A DNA stretch of 48,865 nucleotides, from contig JAGMAB010000002.1 of NCBI GenBank assembly GCA_023131055.1, positions 1 to 48,865 of the forward strand, given 5' to 3'. The notes under the pieces were generated by a model. The model was given only the letters and a program-made list of their open reading frames with translations. It searched no databases and had not been told where the DNA came from. Origin of the DNA: Candidatus Parcubacteria bacterium. GTDB lineage: Bacteria; Patescibacteriota; Minisyncoccia; Minisyncoccales; JAGMAB01. The translations under genes were made by a program, and so were the position numbers. Positions 28,101 through 36,353 of the stretch are shown here, one piece after another; the stretch's first letter is position 1; the number at the start of each line of letters is the position of its first letter.

Positions 28101-28222
28101 TAAAGGGACGGTCTGGTTGACCCAACCTGCTTGCTCCGAAGAGTAGCCCATGCTGGCAGACCGCCCCTTTAGGGTCAGCATGGATAAAAAATCTCTTCGG
28201 ATATGCTACAGGATAGGTCAAC
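28101..28222 (-). ncRNA. Putative bistable structured RNA in the recombinase leader
   Basis: Long nested stem versus an alternative 15-bp stem closing three hairpins (one cUUCGg). Four positions pair as G.U only on the minus strand. Confidence 0.6.
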
Positions 28223-28229
28223 ACTTTTA

Positions 28230-28421
28230 TTATACAATATTTTCTTTTTTAGATAAAGTATATTTCTGTGGACAAACTTTTTCTTTTGGCTTTTTTTCTT
28301 TCTGCCATTTCTCAAAAATGATTTCAGCAAGATCACGAAAACCATCTCGGATTTCTTCTATTTCTTTGTTTGAAAATGTGTCATCGTTAAGAAGTTTCTT
28401 TACATGTTCAACACTTAACAT
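28230..28421 (-). CDS. Small protein upstream of the recombinase (possible directionality factor)
   Basis: 63 aa, helical (SNKEIEEIRD...LAEIIFEKW). Function inferred from position only. Confidence 0.55.
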   Translation of the reverse strand: MLSVEHVKKLLNDDTFSNKEIEEIRDGFRDLAEIIFEKWQKEKKPKEKVCPQKYTLSKKENIV

Positions 28422-28471
28422 GATTGTTTTTAATAACCAATTTATTTAGAAAAAGTATGTGTGCGACTCAC

Positions 28472-28936
28472 TCACTTTTTCTTTTTGATTTCTTTTTGGT
28501 TTTCTTCTGTAGTAATCTTAATAGCTTCTGATATGATTTCGGCGATTTCTCCTTCAAGTTCTTCATCAGACAAATTACTATATTCGTGCTCAACTACAAT
28601 GTTCTCCTTATATCTTCCCTTAATCTTATATGCCTTATCTAATCCGGCATCTCTAGCACGCCATTGATCGTTTGAAAGCAGTTCTTTATGGACTTTAGTT
28701 AATAATTCATCTGGCAACTGTTTTTGAATCAATTCTTGCCAATTGTGCGTTGATAATAATTGGCGCGGAGTTTCCGAATAAGATTTAGAATATCCTTCTA
28801 ATCGCATTGCTTCTCCAATACCAACACCTTTTCCGAGATTATCCGAGATTCTTTTGAGTAATCTTTTATGGCGTTCATTAACCACTTTATGCTTTTTTCT
28901 TGGCACTTTTTTATTTTTCTTAATTTTTTTGTTCAT
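28472..28936 (-). CDS. Terminase small-subunit-like HTH protein
   Basis: AMRLEGYSKSYS resembles the TerS A...AGYS motif; LDKAYKIKG; LSDEEL tail. Confidence 0.5.
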   Translation of the reverse strand: MNKKIKKNKKVPRKKHKVVNERHKRLLKRISDNLGKGVGIGEAMRLEGYSKSYSETPRQLLSTHNWQELIQKQLPDELLTKVHKELLSNDQWRARDAGLDKAYKIKGRYKENIVVEHEYSNLSDEELEGEIAEIISEAIKITTEENQKEIKKKK

Positions 28937-28946
28937 TACTATTCTG

Positions 28947-29147
28947 CTTGTTAATCTTGTTAAAACGCTATTAACAAGTTTTTATACTTAAATTGGTTCG
29001 TTTGTTAAACTTGTTAAATTTTGTTGACCAAAACCTTGCTTTTCAAGAAGATAATCAACTATTGATTATCTTCTGAAAGTTTGGTGTATTTTTGAAAAGC
29101 TTGTTAGTTTATTAATACATATAGGTTATCAAGCTTTTTTTAACAAG
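28947..29147. other. Putative replication origin: CTTGTTAA iterons and a 13-bp inverted repeat
   Basis: Iteron-like octamers at 28947, 28956, 28971(rc), 29001, 29010, 29100 and 29140(rc); AGAAGATAATCAA-CTA-TTGATTATCTTCT at 29046-29074. Confidence 0.65.
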
Positions 29148-29160
29148 CTTTTTGCTGTTT

Positions 29161-30282
29161 TTAGATGTTTTTTGATGGTAAAAAATAAAACTTCTTGTTT
29201 TGTTTGCCTGTCTTATTTTTGAGTATTCCTGTTTGTGTTAGTTCTTTGAGAGCATCTCGTAAATTATTTTTTCCAAAATTAAGCCCTTTTTTTGTTTTTT
29301 CTTCCATTAAATCATTTACTGACCATTCTTTATTCTCTTTAATAGTCGTTAAAATAAAGTCTTTAGCAATATCCTTTGCTTTTTTCTCTTCAAATTCACC
29401 TGTATATCTCCAAAAAGTTTTTTTCTTGAAAGGATTATACCAAATATCAACTCCAAATGATTTTAAGTTTTCTGTTAATCGCGCCTTATATTGAGTAATT
29501 GTTATGTGTAATCCATTAAAATCAGCTCCATCTTTATCAACAACCATTATCTTTCGGCTATCTAATAATAAATGACTGGCAACTTTTGCTAATATTTCTG
29601 TGCTTCCCCGGCTACTTGCTTGCCCGTAGTTCTCTCCCTTTTGCGGCTTTCTATGATGATGAAGGTATAAAATAGTAACATTTGTTTTATCAATTAAATT
29701 GAGTAATGTTCGGTTCACTTCTCGCATTTCAGAGGCGCTGTTTTCTTCCTTGCTGTGAGCAGAATTTAGAGTATCAATGATAAGCATTTCAAATTTATTT
29801 TTTTTAATAACTTTAACTAACCATTCATAATCGTCTTTACTATCAATCTGAAAATCCTGATTATGAAAAGAAATATCTGTTGGTTTATTAATAACTGTAT
29901 GAACCCGGTTAGTAATATCATATTCACTCATTTCTAAATCTAAGATTAAAACTTTCTTTTTCTTTGTTTTATAAATATCAAATAATTTCGTGCCTTCAGC
30001 AATTGCTTGTGCTATTTTGAGAGCAAATAATGATTTTCCTTTACCAACATCAGCGGTTAGAGCTGTAATAGCATTCTCCGGTATCATCTTATCAAGAATA
30101 AAAGGTTGTTTCTTGACTTCTTTTTTAAGAATATCTACTACTGATTCAATTTTTCGTTCAGTTTCTCTTTTAACTTGTTCTTCTATTTCTTCAGTTGATT
30201 TGATATCTACCATAACGGATGTATCCCTAAGTGGAAGTGTAATGTCATCCGTTATGAATAAACTTTCATTACACCTCCACAT
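29161..30282 (-). CDS. RepA-like (AAA_25, SF4) replicative helicase with C-terminal winged helix
   Basis: Walker A ADVGKGKS, LILDLEM, Walker B LIIDTL, LHHHRK, SRGSTEI. Confidence 0.82.
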   Translation of the reverse strand: MWRCNESLFITDDITLPLRDTSVMVDIKSTEEIEEQVKRETERKIESVVDILKKEVKKQPFILDKMIPENAITALTADVGKGKSLFALKIAQAIAEGTKLFDIYKTKKKKVLILDLEMSEYDITNRVHTVINKPTDISFHNQDFQIDSKDDYEWLVKVIKKNKFEMLIIDTLNSAHSKEENSASEMREVNRTLLNLIDKTNVTILYLHHHRKPQKGENYGQASSRGSTEILAKVASHLLLDSRKIMVVDKDGADFNGLHITITQYKARLTENLKSFGVDIWYNPFKKKTFWRYTGEFEEKKAKDIAKDFILTTIKENKEWSVNDLMEEKTKKGLNFGKNNLRDALKELTQTGILKNKTGKQNKKFYFLPSKNI

Positions 30283-30299
30283 AGGGATAAAGTTATTTT

Positions 30300-30875
30300 T
30301 TAAGTTAAAAATTTAACTGTTTCAACAAACGAAAACCCTTTGGTTTCTTGAATAAATTTGATTATATCTCCGTGCCAGCAGCAAGCAAAGCAATAAGCGA
30401 ATCCATTCTTAATATAGAAGCTTCCTTTTTTCTCGGAATGAAATGGACATAAAGCAAAATTCTTTTTTACTTCAATAAATCTTTCAAATGAGACCTGCCG
30501 TGCTTTTTCAATTTGTTGTTTAGTAATTTTTCCCCTTGTCTTTTTGAGTGGAAATAAAACCAATTTTATTTTAGAAATTTCTTTTATCATTTTATCCAAT
30601 TCCTCACCCTTCCAAGTTTTTATAATTTGTTTGAAAAACCAAAGGTTAAAACCGTTATATTTCTTTTGAACTCTCAGAAAATCAAGGTAAATTATCTGAC
30701 TTAGTTTATGAGCTTTTATTTCCATCTCTTTTAATTTTTTCTTCAAATAAGGTCTCACCTCTGGAAAAATCTGTAAAAGTTCAATACCAGAATATATTGG
30801 CAAAGATTTTTTCCACTCTTTTTCTAATTCTTTAATAAACGGGTCAAAACATAAATTTTGATTAAAGTTTTTCAT
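30300..30875 (-). CDS. CHC2 zinc-finger protein (primase zinc-binding domain, no Toprim)
   Basis: CPFHSEKKGSF...YCFACCWHGDIIKF..GFSFVE. Confidence 0.85.
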   Translation of the reverse strand: MKNFNQNLCFDPFIKELEKEWKKSLPIYSGIELLQIFPEVRPYLKKKLKEMEIKAHKLSQIIYLDFLRVQKKYNGFNLWFFKQIIKTWKGEELDKMIKEISKIKLVLFPLKKTRGKITKQQIEKARQVSFERFIEVKKNFALCPFHSEKKGSFYIKNGFAYCFACCWHGDIIKFIQETKGFSFVETVKFLT

Positions 30876-31045
30876 ATTTTTTTTCGCCGTTTTTGTTATT
30901 GTTTTATTTGATTATTCAATACTCAATATATTATTTAGTAGTGCTTTCAAAATAAAATCCACTAAGTGTTTGGCAGTCCGGCGGCGAGTGCGAATATGAA
31001 GCCCGCAGTGAGTTTGCTTAATTTCTCGTTACCAGAATATCACCC

Positions 31046-31083
31046 AAAAATAAAAAACCGGATGTATTACGTAACACCCGGTT
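31046..31083 (-). terminator. Intrinsic terminator/attenuator in the leader of the replication operon
   Basis: Minus strand AACCGGGTGT-TACGTAAT-ACATCCGGTT-TTTTATTTTT. Confidence 0.7.
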
Positions 31084-31224
31084 GATAAATCTTTGGAATT
31101 AAAAACTGGGTGTAAAACAATAATAGTAATTAGTGTTTCAAGGCCCAGTATTTACAAATTCTCGTTATACGAGAGTAGTCATCCACTTGACTACTAGTGG
31201 CTTCACTATTCAATTGTATATTTT

Positions 31225-31253
31225 AATAATAACAAACCCAAAAGATCTGTCAA
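31225..31253 (-). promoter_or_regulatory. Leftward sigma70-like promoter of the element
   Basis: Minus strand TTGACA-16 nt-(TGT)TATTAT. Confidence 0.5.
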
Positions 31254-31343
31254 GGGTTTAATTTATTTACTGCTTATGCTATCTTAAAATTAGAAAAATT
31301 AATAGCCTAACCTTCATAGATTTTTTATGAAGTATGGCATAAA

Positions 31344-31441
31344 AACCCGTCTAAGGTATCAAGCTCCTCGTCAGAGCACCTTAGACGGGTTATATCCCGA
31401 AAGGGGTATAGGTAGCGAAAGCTATCGCTGGCGGGGAGCTT
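31344..31441 (+). ncRNA. Putative cloverleaf/bistable structured RNA in the leader of the cargo operon
   Basis: Perfect 14-bp stem 31344-57/31378-91; alternative 14-bp stem 31361-74/31428-41; two GAAA-capped hairpins; G.U pairs on the + strand. Confidence 0.65.
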
Positions 31442-31470
31442 TGTGTTTACCCGCAAAGACACACGAAATT

Positions 31471-32589
31471 ATGAATAAGATTGTAAAAACGCTTTACAGA
31501 GTTGTCGGTGGCGTCGTCATATTTATTGTTGGCTCTATCGCTTACAGAGTTACAGCTGAGACGGTTCCCGTATTGATTCCATCTTTTGTTCTGATAGGAA
31601 TGCTGATAGTGTTTTTGAAGTTTACTGGGTTGTGGAATTGGCTTTTTGTGAAAAGAAAAAACAAACATCAAAAAGGTTCTATTCAAATATCAATTTTAGC
31701 AGTTATTGTTTTTGGAGTAGTTATCATTGGTGGGTTTGGTTACAATGAATACAAAAATTTTCAGAATGAAAAAATTGAAAACGAGAAATTATTAAGAAAA
31801 CAACAGGATAAACAAATTCAAGAGATAACTATAGCTCAACAAAAAGAGTTAGAGGAAACTAAGCAGGAGATCGAAAAATTAAAATCCGAAAATCAAGAAG
31901 ATAGTAAAAAAATTGAGGAATTGGAACAAAAACAGAAAGACGAAGAATTAAAAGCGATAGGAGAAAATTACCAACCGTTAAGCGCAACTACTTGGTATTT
32001 TGCAACACATATCGTAAAAATAATTTGTTCTGATGATGACTCGCAAGTGGTTAAAAATGGTAGTGGGACTGTTTTCGGATTAAATAGATTTATAATAACA
32101 AATTATCACGTTGTAAAAGATACTACTCAATGCGTTATTGGTATTACTGACGACATAAAAAAGCCACCTTCAAGGTGGTATGATGCGACCGTCGCTTCAA
32201 GTGTTCCATCTCTTGATATTGCCACCCTTAGACCAACACTACCGCTCCCAGACGATGTTATAAGGGTTGGCTCTGATTTTATATGTTCTACTGATGATAT
32301 TGAGCTGGGGGATGAAGTAATAATCATAGGGTATCCTACAGTTGGTGGAAGTACCATTACCGTTACAGAGGGTATTGTAAGCGGGTTTGATGGTTTTCTT
32401 GTTAAAACTTCTGCAAAAATGGAATTTGGAAACTCCGGTGGAGGCGCTTTCCTGCAAAAGCCAAAAACACCCGTTAGGGGCATTATGAGTTGTTGGTTCG
32501 GTATTCCTACTTTTGTGACTCAGGGCCAGTTAGAAAGTATTGGCAGTATTATCAATTATTCACTCATACACGAACAAGCAAATCAATAA
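31471..32589 (+). CDS. Membrane-anchored trypsin-like serine protease with coiled-coil stalk
   Basis: Three TM helices, coiled coil, catalytic triad ITNYHVV / LDIATL / GNSGGG. Confidence 0.85.
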   Translation: MNKIVKTLYRVVGGVVIFIVGSIAYRVTAETVPVLIPSFVLIGMLIVFLKFTGLWNWLFVKRKNKHQKGSIQISILAVIVFGVVIIGGFGYNEYKNFQNEKIENEKLLRKQQDKQIQEITIAQQKELEETKQEIEKLKSENQEDSKKIEELEQKQKDEELKAIGENYQPLSATTWYFATHIVKIICSDDDSQVVKNGSGTVFGLNRFIITNYHVVKDTTQCVIGITDDIKKPPSRWYDATVASSVPSLDIATLRPTLPLPDDVIRVGSDFICSTDDIELGDEVIIIGYPTVGGSTITVTEGIVSGFDGFLVKTSAKMEFGNSGGGAFLQKPKTPVRGIMSCWFGIPTFVTQGQLESIGSIINYSLIHEQANQ

Positions 32590-32599
32590 GTTAAAAATA

Positions 32600-32818
32600 A
32601 TGGAAAACAAATCATTTAACCTATTTAACCAAAAGAAGGAGTTAGTGGTAGCCGGGAAGAAGTTAGACCCGAAGAATTACCCGGTGCTTTATCGGTGGGC
32701 AGAGAGAAATCCGGAAACTCTTACAGAGCGCTTACAAGATTTAGCCGATAAGGTGTATAGCGGCGATATAGTGAGCGCCGCGCAAATGTTAGAGAGCGAT
32801 TTGGAACATAGTCAATAA
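32600..32818 (+). CDS. Hypothetical protein
   Basis: 72-aa ORF from an ATG 10 nt after the previous stop. Confidence 0.6.
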   Translation: MENKSFNLFNQKKELVVAGKKLDPKNYPVLYRWAERNPETLTERLQDLADKVYSGDIVSAAQMLESDLEHSQ

Positions 32819-32908
32819 TTAATCACTAAAAATAGTAAGAGATATTTTTAATTATCATGGATTTTCTTTTAGATTACCGTCAGAGTAGAGTATAATTAAA
32901 GACCATGA

Positions 32909-33397
32909 ATGAAGCCACAAAAAAAAATACAAAAAGAGATTCTTAATTTAATAACAAGGCAATTTAAGTTAGATATTGAGTTAGAACACGGAATATCTCA
33001 TTGGAAGAGAGTTAAAGAGATTGGCAATTACTTAGCTAAACACACTAAAGCAGACCTTAAAGTTATTAATCTTTTTGCTTATCTTCACGACTCAAAAAGA
33101 GAGAACGAAAACCACGATCCGGAGCACGGATTAAGAGCAAGCTTTTTTATTAAAGAACTATACAATAAAGACATATTGAATATCTCACAAAAACAATTAA
33201 ATCAACTATCCTTTGCCTGCGAGCACCATAATAATTCAAAGGTTAAAAGCGACGATATCACTATTCAAACTTGTTGGGACGCAGATAGATTAGATTTATG
33301 GAGAATTGGGGTTATTCCGGAACTGTCTTTATTAAATACAGCCATTGCTAAACAAGAAGAAACCATTGAACTTGCATGGAAATTAGGTAGGAAATAA
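32909..33397 (+). CDS. HD-domain phosphohydrolase
   Basis: HGISHWKRV, LHDSKR, EHG, CEHH, CWDADRLDL. Confidence 0.85.
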   Translation: MKPQKKIQKEILNLITRQFKLDIELEHGISHWKRVKEIGNYLAKHTKADLKVINLFAYLHDSKRENENHDPEHGLRASFFIKELYNKDILNISQKQLNQLSFACEHHNNSKVKSDDITIQTCWDADRLDLWRIGVIPELSLLNTAIAKQEETIELAWKLGRK

Positions 33398-33442
33398 AAT
33401 TAAAAAGCCCATCGCTGGGCAATTTTTATCTTAAATATTAGC

Positions 33443-33471
33443 AGGCGGAATCTTATTGGTTTCGTCTTTTT
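33443..33471 (+). terminator. Putative intrinsic terminator
   Basis: AGGCGGAATC-TTATT-GGTTTCGTCT-TTTT; a second hairpin GCCCA-TCGC-TGGGC lies at ~33407-33420. Confidence 0.5.
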
Positions 33472-33570
33472 GATTCCGGACAGAAAAATTTCGGCATCTT
33501 GCTTTATATTTTAGAAATGGTAGAACAAAAATAATACTGTATTATTCTTACGGTATCTATATGAGGCACT

Positions 33571-33647
33571 GAGTGTAACAGCTCGTAGCTTCGGCTACAA
33601 AACTTTATGTGGGTTTTGTAGTTGAGGCAAAAGGTTGATTACTACGA
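33571..33647 (+). promoter_or_regulatory. Structured leader with alternative folds
   Basis: GTAGC-TTCG-GCTAC hairpin competes with a 15-bp stem 33589-33603/33613-33627. Confidence 0.45.
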
Positions 33648-33670
33648 ATAAAATTTATTTAGAAACAACT

Positions 33671-34162
33671 ATGGGAATTTTAGATAGCATAAAAAAATCA
33701 TTGAAACAACAAAAAAAATCATTAGAACAACAAATTGAAGAAGCAAAAAGAACAGTTCACCTTACTTATTTAGGAGGACACCCTGATATTTCTTCTTCCA
33801 TGCCTATTCGACTAAAACGAGAGAATGATAATCTTAATTTATATAGATATGGTGGATATGGTGGTGAGAAATTCCTTACAAATATTCCCTTATCTGCTAT
33901 TAAATCAGTCCAATTCCAACGAGCTGGCAGTCGTTCTTTGGGTAAAGCTGCTGCTGGTGCAATTGGCGGAGGTATCTTACTTGGACCCCTTGGGTTGATT
34001 GTTGGTGGAGCTCTTGGTGGTAAAAAAAAGGACGAAAGTGTTATTGTAGTTACTATTCAACATGATTCTATGGAATTACAAATCTTATTTGGTAGCATTA
34101 CAGGAAAAAAGGGAATAATAGAAAGAAAATATTCTAAGTTTGTCCAGTTAATTAAACCATAG
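33671..34162 (+). CDS. Hypothetical protein with Gly-rich hydrophobic hairpin
   Basis: KAAAGAIGGGILLGPLGLIVGGALGGKKK, a pattern often seen in prophage accessory proteins. Confidence 0.7.
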   Translation: MGILDSIKKSLKQQKKSLEQQIEEAKRTVHLTYLGGHPDISSSMPIRLKRENDNLNLYRYGGYGGEKFLTNIPLSAIKSVQFQRAGSRSLGKAAAGAIGGGILLGPLGLIVGGALGGKKKDESVIVVTIQHDSMELQILFGSITGKKGIIERKYSKFVQLIKP

Positions 34163-34272
34163 ACAATTTTTGAAAAATATTTTCTTTTTTTAAAAAACTA
34201 AAAAGAACTGGTAGGATAAAATTAGAAAACTAAAAAGGTCGGTTTTAAATAATTTAATCAAAGTTATAAAAT

Positions 34273-34512
34273 ATGACAGAAGAAATACAATCAACTATAG
34301 AAAAATCCGAGAAAGATTGGTTAATTACTTTGTTACTTTCAATCTTTGTTGGAGCTTTTGGAATAGATCGTTTTTATCTGGGTAAAACAGGAACTGGTAT
34401 ATTAAAGTTAATTACCGGAGGCGGTTTTGGAATTTGGTGGTTGATAGATGTGATTTCAATCGCCACAGGAAAAATGAAGGATTCTGATGGAAAGATAGTG
34501 AAAGAAAAATAG
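34273..34512 (+). CDS. TM2-domain protein
   Basis: LLLSIFVGAFGIDRFYLG..GILKLITGGGFGIWWLID. Confidence 0.9.
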   Translation: MTEEIQSTIEKSEKDWLITLLLSIFVGAFGIDRFYLGKTGTGILKLITGGGFGIWWLIDVISIATGKMKDSDGKIVKEK

Positions 34513-34563
34513 AAAAAGTGGACGATAATAAAAGTCGATCATGATAAAAAATTTATCAAAATT

Positions 34564-35739
34564 ATGAACAAAAATATCCTAACATTTGGAGGAATAGTGA
34601 AAAGGAAACTTCAAACTAGTTATTCAAGAAAAGAAAAATTAGAAAAGTTAATTAAAAATTTAGAAGAACTTAAGGAAAAAGAATCAGTTAGTGAGGATAG
34701 ATATAATTTATTAAAGCAGGAATATAATAAATTCCTCGGACAATCAGAGAATACAATTAAAGAAATAAAGGAAGATTTAAAAAGGAAAGTTGAAGAAAAA
34801 GAGAACAAGCTGAAAACATTGAAAGAGGATTTAGAAAATTTAGAGACAAGATCTAAGGTGGGAGAAATTGAACAGAAGGATTTCCAAAAGTCTAAAATTT
34901 CTGTAGTAAAAAGGATTGAACAATTAGAAAAAGAAATTCCCAAACTGAAAGAACTTCTTAATTCAGAATTCTCTTCGGATTTAGGCGGGTATTTAGATGT
35001 CAAAATAGAAGAGGGAAAAGGATTAGGTGGTATTATAAAAACAGTTGGCATTAGTTCTGATACATTGGATAGAATAAAAGAATTTTTTTTAGGATTGAGT
35101 GTTTCTCCTAAAAAATTAGCAGTAGGAATAGGTATGATTATAGCAATTCTTTATTTGATTGTTTTTTCAGGAAGTGGATTACCAGGCAAGTATGTGAATA
35201 TCAATAATGAGAGCGACATTGTAGAACTTAAAACAGACAAAACCTTTACATCTAAAGAATATGGAGTTTCTTTTTCAGGAAATTATAAAATTAAGGGCAA
35301 AAAACTTATATTTGAACTTGATGTTTTTGGAGCATCTTTTCCTACAGAATGTACACGAGTCAAAAATGGTTTTGATTGTCCGGATGGTAGTCAATATAGA
35401 AAAGTCAAGGAAAAATCATCTGTAAAAGTAAAAAGGAATTCACCGTCAGCGACAGTTAAAACTTTTTTTGAAGCGATTGAGAAAGGAGAATATTCTAAAA
35501 TGATAGATTATATTAGTTCTCGTACTCTAATGTCAGAACCGTTTAGCGTACAATATTTTAACGAAATAAAAGAAGAAATGAACAATAAAGGTGGAATTAA
35601 GAAAATTGATATTATAAAAGAAGAAATTGAGGGTGAAACTGCTAAGGTTTGTTATAGTATTGAATATGGTAATGGTAGTACCGATGGACGTTGTAATTAT
35701 TTTATAAAAGAAGAGGGTGCTTGGAAAATATCGGAATAA
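34564..35739 (+). CDS. Bitopic membrane protein: cytoplasmic coiled coil (CdvA-like), TM helix, small beta domain, DUF4878/NTF2-like C-terminus
   Basis: LENLETRSKVGEI; TM helix at about aa 185-201; SPSATVKTFFEAI...IKEEGAWKI. Confidence 0.65.
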   Translation: MNKNILTFGGIVKRKLQTSYSRKEKLEKLIKNLEELKEKESVSEDRYNLLKQEYNKFLGQSENTIKEIKEDLKRKVEEKENKLKTLKEDLENLETRSKVGEIEQKDFQKSKISVVKRIEQLEKEIPKLKELLNSEFSSDLGGYLDVKIEEGKGLGGIIKTVGISSDTLDRIKEFFLGLSVSPKKLAVGIGMIIAILYLIVFSGSGLPGKYVNINNESDIVELKTDKTFTSKEYGVSFSGNYKIKGKKLIFELDVFGASFPTECTRVKNGFDCPDGSQYRKVKEKSSVKVKRNSPSATVKTFFEAIEKGEYSKMIDYISSRTLMSEPFSVQYFNEIKEEMNNKGGIKKIDIIKEEIEGETAKVCYSIEYGNGSTDGRCNYFIKEEGAWKISE

Positions 35740-35762
35740 TAAATTTGAGATTTTGACTTTTC

Positions 35763-36329
35763 ATGAATAAAAAATTTACCATTTTAATAATCGGTATTTT
35801 ACTTTTAGCTATCACCGGAGGAATTTTTTGGTGGCAGAGTGAAAAGGAATTAAAAGAGCTAAATAAAAATTTGCCTGATGGAGTAAAAATAGAGAAAAAA
35901 GAAGGACAGTATAAGGTAGTAAATAAAAGAGATGGATACGAAATAAAAATGCCTAAAGAATGGGAAGAATTATATTGGGTTGATTACATTTTTGAGAAAG
36001 GAATGATAGGCCACGTCATTGTTTTAGAACCATTTGAAAAAGAAGGGGTGGGAATTAGTTGCATCATACCGGACCCACCAGATGTAAATTTAGAAATTTG
36101 GATACAAGATTATTGTGAAAAATTCTTTAAGAATCCTCTGATAGAAAGGGGAAAGATAGGGGATTTTGAAATAACTAAATTAAAAAAGGAGTATTCTATT
36201 CGAGGTGGAAAAGAAAAAATAAGTAAGTATTTATATGTGTTTCGACAAAACTCAAAAATTTGTCAAATTGGCGGTGAATCAAAAGATTCTATCCACTACA
36301 TAATCCTAAATAGTAAATGGTCATTGTAA
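35763..36329 (+). CDS. Membrane-anchored hypothetical protein (PsbP-like motif)
   Basis: N-terminal TM helix; NKRDGYEIKMPKEW. Confidence 0.6.
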   Translation: MNKKFTILIIGILLLAITGGIFWWQSEKELKELNKNLPDGVKIEKKEGQYKVVNKRDGYEIKMPKEWEELYWVDYIFEKGMIGHVIVLEPFEKEGVGISCIIPDPPDVNLEIWIQDYCEKFFKNPLIERGKIGDFEITKLKKEYSIRGGKEKISKYLYVFRQNSKICQIGGESKDSIHYIILNSKWSL

Positions 36330-36353
36330 GTTTAATACCTTAGACAACGACAT

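Noticed and set aside
28114-28124. Minus-strand TGGGTCAACCA resembling the tRNA-Ala 3' end, as an inverted att site or guide for an RNA-guided recombinase
   Set aside because: Only 11 nt with mismatches, and already explained as part of a stem; too weak without comparative data.
28095-28181. 29-aa N-terminal extension of the recombinase
   Set aside because: Serine recombinases start a few residues before YxRVS; the region is better explained as structured RNA.
30283-30310. Programmed frameshift fusing the CHC2 and helicase ORFs
   Set aside because: No in-frame X XXY YYZ slippery heptamer, and the helicase has its own ATG.
31327-31470. 48-aa N-terminal extension of the cargo protease
   Set aside because: Covers the GC-rich structured region; the ATG at 31471 directly precedes the first TM helix.
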